Shown piece after piece: positions 19,427 through 26,136 of a stretch of DNA of 33,914 bases (its first letter is position 1; each line of letters starts with the position of its first letter). The notes beneath the pieces were generated by a model. The model did not search any database. It had not been told where the DNA came from and saw only the letters and a program-made list of their open reading frames with translations. The translations under genes and the position numbers were made by a program. Location of the stretch: sequence record SRR31156797_5907. One strand, given 5' to 3'.

Positions 19427-19711
19427 GTGAATAGTAATTGGTGTGCTTTAAACAGTGTATTTCAGGGAATTGTTCGAATGATGTTAATTTGCTGTAGGAT
19501 AAAATTTTAGGCAGATGATGGGGTAGTGTTAAATTTTCTAAAGCTAAATTAGTTGTTAAAGCAGACAGTTTTTTCTGATTTGAAAAGACAATATCTGATG
19601 ATTTTTTGATTAGGACAACGTAGTGAATGCTACACCGAAAGTTCATTTTAGAAATCGAGCTTCAATTTTAGAATTGCCACGGCAGCCCTGATGACCTTTG
19701 ATGTCAGTATC

Positions 19712-19800
19712 CAGGGTTTGTATCCTCTTGTGCCTCGAGGCTGCAAACCCTTCGTTATTGGGTTCGCAGCCCTGACCGTAGGGAAGGGATTGCAACCCTG
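19712..19800. repeat. REP-like nested inverted-repeat element, copy 1 (four related 15-mers A-B-C-D)
   Basis: A CAGGGTTTGTATCCT (19712-26), B CGAGGCTGCAAACCC (19736-50), C GGGTTCGCAGCCCTG (19760-74), D GGGATTGCAACCCTG (19786-800). B can pair with C and A with D. Confidence 0.75.
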
Positions 19801-19930
19801 TTACTATCAAGCACCAGATATAGAAAACCAGGAAAAAACCAATCTTGAAACCAACGCACAAGATAATTTGGATAAAGTTAAAAATGAGGTAAGCAATCAG
19901 TCGGAAATATGATTATAGAATAGTGCTATT

Positions 19931-19993
19931 CAGGGTTGCTATCCTCTCGTGCCTCGAGGCTGCGAACCCTTCGCCATTGGGATCGCAACCCTG
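19931..19993. repeat. REP-like element, copy 2 (shorter)
   Basis: Ungapped 55/63 identity to 19712-19774 by manual count; ends CCCTGTTA like copy 1. Confidence 0.8.
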
Positions 19994-20057
19994 TTATGAT
20001 TTGAGTAGAATAAATACCAAATTGAAATATTCAGCCTTTAACCCTTGGACTTGCTCT

Positions 20058-20201
20058 GCGGCAGGGATTGGAGTGGTAGCTTTGTGCAGTGGAGGCTGAT
20101 GTTTTTTGTTGGTGAGGGAGGCGAACGGAGCGAGCCCGCATGAATTTTACAAAAACACAGCCGACACAAACAAACTAAAAACGGAAAGCCCTGATGGCCG
20201 C
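20058..20201 (+). ncRNA. Long rod-shaped structured RNA, Flavo-1-like
   Basis: Nested pairings GCGGC/GCCGC, AGGG/CCCT, TTTGTG/CACAAA, GGCTG.TGTTTTTTGT/ACAAAAACACAGCC; apical GGCGAACGGAGCGAGCC. The flanking GGGATTGGAGTGG...ACGGAAAGCCC resembles my recollection of the Flavo-1 motif and has not been checked with a covariance model. Confidence 0.55.
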
Positions 20202-20585
20202 CCACCCACAAATCAACCCAAAGGCATCAGGATAAATCCGCCTGGCCGCCCAAAGAAAAGTTATAAGTTATTGGTTAATTGTAATTTGGCTAAAGTGTAC
20301 TGCCAATTTACTTTTGAAAATTGCTCGGATTGCGGATTCGCGCTTTCGTTATTCGATGAAATAAAAATGCAATAAAATTCCTGATGATTTTGGGGAATAA
20401 AGACTAACACCCTGACCAAATATCCAAATTCAACCTGCGCTTCCTGGCCTTTTAAAAAAACCTGTTAATAAAAAAAATAGGCTGTTTCGGGGTTTTTTAT
20501 TCATTTTGTGGGTTCGAAATTTTGAAGTGAAAAATGGAGCCGGTTTCCTCCGTCTCTTTTCAAGGCTATTTTGATAAAAGATCGC

Positions 20586-23420
20586 ATGGATAACGAAGAA
20601 AAGAAGCAACTTTCTGAAGAAGAGAACCAGCAGGACAGCGTCGCTGAAAAGCCGGAAGATGATGGCCAGTACAAGGCTATTGCCCTGGAAGGTATGTACC
20701 AGAACTGGTTTTTGGATTATGCTTCGTACGTGATCCTGGAACGGGCGGTGCCGGACGTGCTGGATGGCCTGAAACCCGTGCAACGCCGCATACTGCATGC
20801 CATGCGTGAGATGGACGATGGCCGCTACAACAAAGTTGCCAACATCATCGGGCAAACCATGAAATACCACCCGCACGGCGATGCCTCCATTGGTGATGCG
20901 TTGGTGCAACTCGGGCAAAAAGAGTTATTGATCGACACCCAGGGAAACTGGGGAAATGTGCTCACCGGCGACAGTGCTGCGGCACCGCGTTACATCGAGG
21001 CGCGCCTTTCGAAGTTTGCCCTGGAGGTGGCTTTTAACCCAAAGACCACTGATTGGAAAGGTTCATACGACGGCCGGAATAAAGAGCCGATAACCCTTCC
21101 GGTGAAATTCCCGCTGCTGCTGGCGCAGGGCGTGGAAGGGATTGCTGTTGGGCTGGCTTCTAAAATTGTTCCGCATAATTTTGTGGAACTGATCGATGCT
21201 TCGATAAAATACCTGCAAGGCAAGGCATTTGAGATATTACCAGATTTCCCGGGAGGCGGGCTGGGTGATTTTTCGAAATACAACAATGGCCTGCGCGGCG
21301 GAAAAATAAGGGTTCGGGCACGTATCCACCTGGAGGATAAAAAGACTCTCAAGATTAGTGAAATACCTTTTGGCACCACCACTTCCAGTTTGATCGATTC
21401 GATTATTGCTGCCAACGACAAGGGCAAAATCAAGATCAAGAAAATTGATGACAACACGGCTGCAAATGTTGAGATATTGATTCAACTGGCAAGCGGAGTT
21501 TCGCCCGATCAAACCATCGACGCGTTGTTTGCTTTCACCAATTGTGAGGTGAGTATTTCGCCCAACTCAACGGTGATCTACAACGGCAAACCCAACTTTA
21601 TGGGTGTGGATCAGATCCTGAAAATCTCAGCCGATCAAACCGTACATTTGCTCAGGCGCGAACTGGAGATAAGAAAAGCCGAACTTGAAGAGGCGTGGCA
21701 TTTTTCATCACTTGAAAAAATATTCATCGAAAAAAGGATCTACCGGAAAATTGAAGAAAGCGAAACCTGGGAGGATGTGATTTCTACTATCGATAAAGGG
21801 CTCAAGCCATATAAGTCGATGTTTAAACGGGAGATTACCCGCGATGATATTATCAGACTCACCGAAATAAAGATCAAACGGATTTCCAAATACAATTCGT
21901 TCAAGGCGGATGATATTATTAAAGGCATCGAAGGAGAGTTGGATGAGGTGCAAAACCACCTGGATCATCTGGTGGATTATGCCATCAACTATTACCGTCA
22001 GATCAAAAAGAAATATGGCACCGGCCGTGAGCGGAAAACCGAGATCAGGAATTTCGATAACATCGAAGCAACCATGGTGGCAGTGGCCAACCAAAAACTA
22101 TACATCAATCGTGAGGAGGGTTTTGCTGGCACAGCGCTAAAGAAAGATGATTTTGTGTGCGAGTGCTCGGATATCGACGAGATCATTGTTTTCCGCGAAG
22201 ATGGAACCTTTATGGTGACCAAAGTTTCCGAAAAATTCTATGTGGGTAAAAATGTGATCCACATCGATGTATTTAAGCGCAACGACGACCGCACCATTTA
22301 CAACATGATCTACCGCGATGGCAAAGTGGGCAAAAATTTTGTGAAACGCTTTGCCGTGGTGAGCATCACCCGCGACAAGGAGTACGATCTGACCAAAGGA
22401 ACCGACGGCAGCAAGGTGCTGTATTTTTCTGCCAACCCAAATGGCGAGGCGGAAATTGTACGCATAACGCTGAGGCCAAAACCCAGGCTGAAAATCACAG
22501 CTTTTGATTACGATTTTAGCGAGCTTGCCATCAAAGGGCGTGGTTCGCAGGGCAATACGCTTTCCAAAAACTACATCCGCAAGGTGGTGAAAAAGGAAGA
22601 AGGCGTTTCCACTCTTGGCGCCATCGACGTGTGGTTTGATGAAAGCGTGAAGCGGCTCAACACAGAGGAACGCGGCCAATTTTTGGGTGCTTTCAAAAGC
22701 GATGAAAAAATACTCACCATCATGCAATCCGGCGAATACCGCCTTACCGGCTACGACCTGACTACCCATTTTGATGAGGATTTGATCCACATCGAGAAGT
22801 TTGATCCCAACCGGGTGATGACCGTGATTTATTTTGAAGGCAAGCAGGGATTCTGGTATCTGAAACGATTTCTCGTTGAAGAAACCGACAAGAAAGTGTT
22901 ATTCATTTCGGAGCACCCCGATTCGAAGCTGATCTCATTTTCCATGGATGAAAGGCCGGTTTTGGGGGTGAACTATGATGATAAAAAGAATGATAAGGAG
23001 ATAGAAAACGAGGAAATCGTTGCCGAGGAATTTATTGGTGTAAAAAGCTTTAAAGCAAAAGGGAAAAGGCTTTCCAATTTCGCCATTAAAAAAATCAGCT
23101 GGCTAGAGCCTCTGGAACCGCTAACTCCTGTACCGGAAAATGAGGAAGCTGAAGCTGATGAGGATGATCCCGTAGAAGCCAGTGAAAGTGAAGCAGGTGA
23201 AAGGCTATTGCCCAAAGAAAAGCCTTCGGAGGAAAAGCCACCACAACCGGAAAAGAAACCCGTTGAACCCGAAAAACCTAAGCCAAAGACTGATGAGAAA
23301 ACCCAGGTTACAAAGCCAGAATTAAATTCGGATATTAAAAAGCCGAATCCATCAGAACCCTCCACCAAAAAGAAACGAAAACCGGGAGATGATGATAAAA
23401 CTCAAATGACCTTATTTTAA
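20586..23420 (+). CDS. parC: DNA topoisomerase IV subunit A (Bacteroidota type)
   Basis: WFLDYASYVILERAVP, DGLKPVQRR, HPHGD, catalytic AAPRYIE; no canonical GyrA-box; ATG 20586 preferred over TTG 20571; long low-complexity C-terminal tail. Confidence 0.88.
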   Translation: MDNEEKKQLSEEENQQDSVAEKPEDDGQYKAIALEGMYQNWFLDYASYVILERAVPDVLDGLKPVQRRILHAMREMDDGRYNKVANIIGQTMKYHPHGDASIGDALVQLGQKELLIDTQGNWGNVLTGDSAAAPRYIEARLSKFALEVAFNPKTTDWKGSYDGRNKEPITLPVKFPLLLAQGVEGIAVGLASKIVPHNFVELIDASIKYLQGKAFEILPDFPGGGLGDFSKYNNGLRGGKIRVRARIHLEDKKTLKISEIPFGTTTSSLIDSIIAANDKGKIKIKKIDDNTAANVEILIQLASGVSPDQTIDALFAFTNCEVSISPNSTVIYNGKPNFMGVDQILKISADQTVHLLRRELEIRKAELEEAWHFSSLEKIFIEKRIYRKIEESETWEDVISTIDKGLKPYKSMFKREITRDDIIRLTEIKIKRISKYNSFKADDIIKGIEGELDEVQNHLDHLVDYAINYYRQIKKKYGTGRERKTEIRNFDNIEATMVAVANQKLYINREEGFAGTALKKDDFVCECSDIDEIIVFREDGTFMVTKVSEKFYVGKNVIHIDVFKRNDDRTIYNMIYRDGKVGKNFVKRFAVVSITRDKEYDLTKGTDGSKVLYFSANPNGEAEIVRITLRPKPRLKITAFDYDFSELAIKGRGSQGNTLSKNYIRKVVKKEEGVSTLGAIDVWFDESVKRLNTEERGQFLGAFKSDEKILTIMQSGEYRLTGYDLTTHFDEDLIHIEKFDPNRVMTVIYFEGKQGFWYLKRFLVEETDKKVLFISEHPDSKLISFSMDERPVLGVNYDDKKNDKEIENEEIVAEEFIGVKSFKAKGKRLSNFAIKKISWLEPLEPLTPVPENEEAEADEDDPVEASESEAGERLLPKEKPSEEKPPQPEKKPVEPEKPKPKTDEKTQVTKPELNSDIKKPNPSEPSTKKKRKPGDDDKTQMTLF

Positions 23421-23540
23421 AATGACCTTCCTGTTAGCCAGATAAAACATCCCGGTGGTTGGCTAAATCTTTATTGAGGTGTTCAAATAGTTACTTACCC
23501 TCAATGCTTGTCCTCATGCAGTTTAATTGAATACTAATGT

Positions 23541-23599
23541 CACGGATTAAACTGATTATCACAGATAAGTACAAACCCGCAACATCTGCGTTATCCGTG
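23541..23599. repeat. Imperfect inverted repeat built of CAC(G/A)GAT units
   Basis: CACGGATTAA...CACAGAT (23541-23566) versus ATCTGCG-TTATCCGTG (23584-23599). Confidence 0.45.
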
Positions 23600-23731
23600 T
23601 TCTTCTTTCTGATTTTATTGAATTTTTACCGTTAACTGTAAAAAAGGTGCAACCCCGAATTGGGTCGGGACAGGCGCACCGTAATATTTACGGAAATAGT
23701 TACTTTTACATGTACTTAAAACGGATTTTGT

Positions 23732-25423
23732 ATGCGATACCTGCATTTAATTGTTCTGGTGATTTCTTTTATGCCCCTTTCAGCACAAGTTTTTTACAAC
23801 GGAGTCGATCTTTCTTACGTGAACGAGCTGGAGGATTGTGATGTGGTGTATTATGAAAATGGGGAAGAAAAAGATCCCTACGAAATTTTTTCCTCACACA
23901 ATGTTAACCTGGCAAGGTATCGCCTTTGGCATAATCCGGGTTGGACAGATTACTCAGATTTTCAGGATGTGAAACAAGCCATTCTTCGAGCCAAAACTGC
24001 AGGGATGGATATTTTACTCGATTTTCACTATTCCGATACCTGGGCTGATCCGGGCAGGCAATTGCGGCCGGCTGCATGGAATGAGATCACTGATATCGAA
24101 ACACTGGGTGATTCTTTGTATGAATACACTTATAGCATCCTGGAAAAGCTTTACATCGAAAATTTAACACCTGAAATTGTTCAAACTGGTAATGAGGTTA
24201 ATGGGAATATCCTGTTGCTTCAGGATGAAGAACTATACCCACTGGAATGGGACCGGAATATATTGCTGTTCAACCGTGCCAAGGATGCCATTGATGATTT
24301 TAATGCCACTTTTAATGAGGATGTAAAGTCGATGATTCATGTTGCCCAGCCAGAAGGCGCCGAATGGTGGTTTGGGGGTGCAGCCGATCACGGCTTTACG
24401 CGATTCGATATGATTGGCGTTTCCTATTATCCGGGTTGGTCTGAGTATGGTTTACGGAAGGCTGTTGATGCGATGGAAGGGTTGATGCAAACCTACGGCA
24501 AAGAAGTGATGATTGTAGAAACCGGCTATCCATGGACCTTCAATTCCGCTGACAATGCATCCAACACCATGGGCAATGACAACCTGCTCAAAACTCACAA
24601 TGATCAACCTTCCCCTCAAGATCAGGCTTCATTTTTAACCGAGCTGTCATGGCTGCTACGTAACGCCGGTATTGCAGGCCTTGTGTTCTGGGAGCCTGCC
24701 TGGGTATCCAGCGAATGTTTCACACAATGGGGACAGGGTTCGCATTGGGAGAATGTGGCATTGTTTGATTTTGATAATAATCTGCATGCAGGGGCCTCCT
24801 ACCTCGATTATGATTACAGCCAAATGCCTGAAAGCCTTGAGTCTGAAGAAGCTGTTTTTAAAGTGGATGCAACCGGGGTTGATGTTACAAACGGCATTTT
24901 CGTTACCGGAGATTTTACCGGAGAAGCCTGGCAGTTCATCCCGATGACAAATGTTGGTGACAATACTTTTGAAGGTTCATACATCATTCCGGGACGCAGC
25001 GAGGGTGCCTATATATTCCAGAACGATGATGATTGGGGAGAACAATGGAGAGAACCGATACCACCAGAATGTGCAGTTTACTGGGAAACACATCGTGAAT
25101 TTGTGACCAAAGATGATCCGGCTGAATTTGCCTTCATCTGGGGTAGCTGCATCAAAATCGGAGAGACTGGTTTTGAAGAAAAACCGGGTTTTAACATTTC
25201 GATTTCGCCCAACCCGGCAAAAACTCAGCTTAAAATCAGGTCAGAAAATGAAATAATTCATTATCAAATTCTATCAATAGATGGCGTTTCTGTTCAGGAT
25301 TCCATCTTATCAGCGGAGCGAAATTTCCAGGTAGATATTTCCCAATTGCCGGCAAATCCGTACTTGTTGGAGTTAACAATGGAAGGTGGGAAGGTGTTGG
25401 TATGGAAATTTTTGAAGCGATGA
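23732..25423 (+). CDS. GH53 endo-1,4-beta-galactanase with accessory beta-sandwich domain and T9SS C-terminal sorting domain
   Basis: Signal peptide; GVDLSY, DFHYSDTWADPGRQ, QTGNE (acid/base), SYYP, VETGYP (nucleophile), FWEP; C-terminal ISPNPA...YLLEL...KFLKR. Confidence 0.88.
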   Translation: MRYLHLIVLVISFMPLSAQVFYNGVDLSYVNELEDCDVVYYENGEEKDPYEIFSSHNVNLARYRLWHNPGWTDYSDFQDVKQAILRAKTAGMDILLDFHYSDTWADPGRQLRPAAWNEITDIETLGDSLYEYTYSILEKLYIENLTPEIVQTGNEVNGNILLLQDEELYPLEWDRNILLFNRAKDAIDDFNATFNEDVKSMIHVAQPEGAEWWFGGAADHGFTRFDMIGVSYYPGWSEYGLRKAVDAMEGLMQTYGKEVMIVETGYPWTFNSADNASNTMGNDNLLKTHNDQPSPQDQASFLTELSWLLRNAGIAGLVFWEPAWVSSECFTQWGQGSHWENVALFDFDNNLHAGASYLDYDYSQMPESLESEEAVFKVDATGVDVTNGIFVTGDFTGEAWQFIPMTNVGDNTFEGSYIIPGRSEGAYIFQNDDDWGEQWREPIPPECAVYWETHREFVTKDDPAEFAFIWGSCIKIGETGFEEKPGFNISISPNPAKTQLKIRSENEIIHYQILSIDGVSVQDSILSAERNFQVDISQLPANPYLLELTMEGGKVLVWKFLKR

Positions 25424-25595
25424 TCCTCAGACAAAACCGATATGGGATTTAACATCTATAGGATTTCTCCTCATGTAATTTAGGGATGAATTTCCTGAAT
25501 AACGAAATACCCATTAACGATAGCCGATTACCCTCTATGTCTTTAAGAATTTGTTAAATCAACAGATGCAACCCATGTAAATATTAAAATAGTTG

Positions 25596-25603
25596 TAACT
25601 TTG
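25596..25603 (+). promoter_or_regulatory. -7 element (TAACTTTG) for the sixA-ppk1 operon
   Basis: TAnnTTTG 23 nt before ATG 25627. Confidence 0.55.
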
Positions 25604-25626
25604 ACCAGTTAGAAAACTACCACATT

Positions 25627-26133
25627 ATGAAGACCATCTATATCGTTCGCCATGCTAAATCATCCTGGGACTTTCCGCACCTGAGCGACCATGAAAGACC
25701 ACTCCTTGAAAAAGGAAAGAAACGAACACGACTCATCAACGACTACCTGATCAAAAACAAAATTACGGTTGACCTCATCGTTTCGAGTCATGCTGTAAGA
25801 GCTTATGAAACGGCCAAGATCATAGCCCGCGCAATCGACTATCCCAGTGATACCATCCGTATCGACCGTATGATTTATCATGCCAATGCCGACCGGCTCA
25901 TCGACCAGTTTTACGATATTTCCAACGATGTCAATTCAGTGATGCTGGTGGGCCATAATCCTACCCTTACCAATTTCGCCAACCTTTATCTTGATAATAA
26001 GATTGAATGGTTGCCCACATCGGGTGTGGTATGTATTGAGTTTGAAACGGAAAAGTGGGAAGATATCTCCATGGCAAAATATAAGCCTGTTTTCACGGTT
26101 TATCCAAAGATGCTTAAGAAGAAAAAAAAATAG
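25627..26133 (+). CDS. sixA: SixA-like histidine phosphatase
   Basis: RHAKSSW, DHERPL, SSHAVRAYET and LVGHNP motifs. Confidence 0.88.
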   Translation: MKTIYIVRHAKSSWDFPHLSDHERPLLEKGKKRTRLINDYLIKNKITVDLIVSSHAVRAYETAKIIARAIDYPSDTIRIDRMIYHANADRLIDQFYDISNDVNSVMLVGHNPTLTNFANLYLDNKIEWLPTSGVVCIEFETEKWEDISMAKYKPVFTVYPKMLKKKKK

Positions 26134-26136
26134 CAG

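Noticed and set aside
19684..19720. Hammerhead ribozyme (CTGATGA core at 19688-19694)
   Set aside because: No stem II followed by GAAA and no compatible stems I/III; the other CTGATGA occurrences nearby also lack them.
19712..19993. CRISPR array
   Set aside because: Only two long (63-89 nt) imperfect copies with a 130-nt spacer, no regular repeat-spacer period and no cas genes.
20106..20375. 89-aa ORF in the E1/parC spacer
   Set aside because: Non-ATG start, overlaps the structured RNA and has no recognisable motif; probably spurious.
20868..20903. Ala at the Ser83-equivalent QRDR position (HPHGDASIGDA) as acquired quinolone resistance
   Set aside because: As far as I recall this is the usual sequence of Bacteroidota ParC, not evidence of a selected mutation.
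20430..23368. Long antisense ORFs within parC (e.g. 20430-20918, 22137-22790) and similar ones in pyk, the NhaC-family gene and the kinase
   Set aside because: Shadow frames of real genes caused by codon bias; no protein motifs.
23404..23466. AAATGACCTT duplication and TTAGCCA/TGGCTAA inverted repeat after parC
   Set aside because: Short, with a large loop and weak T-tract; it may be a terminator but cannot be supported.
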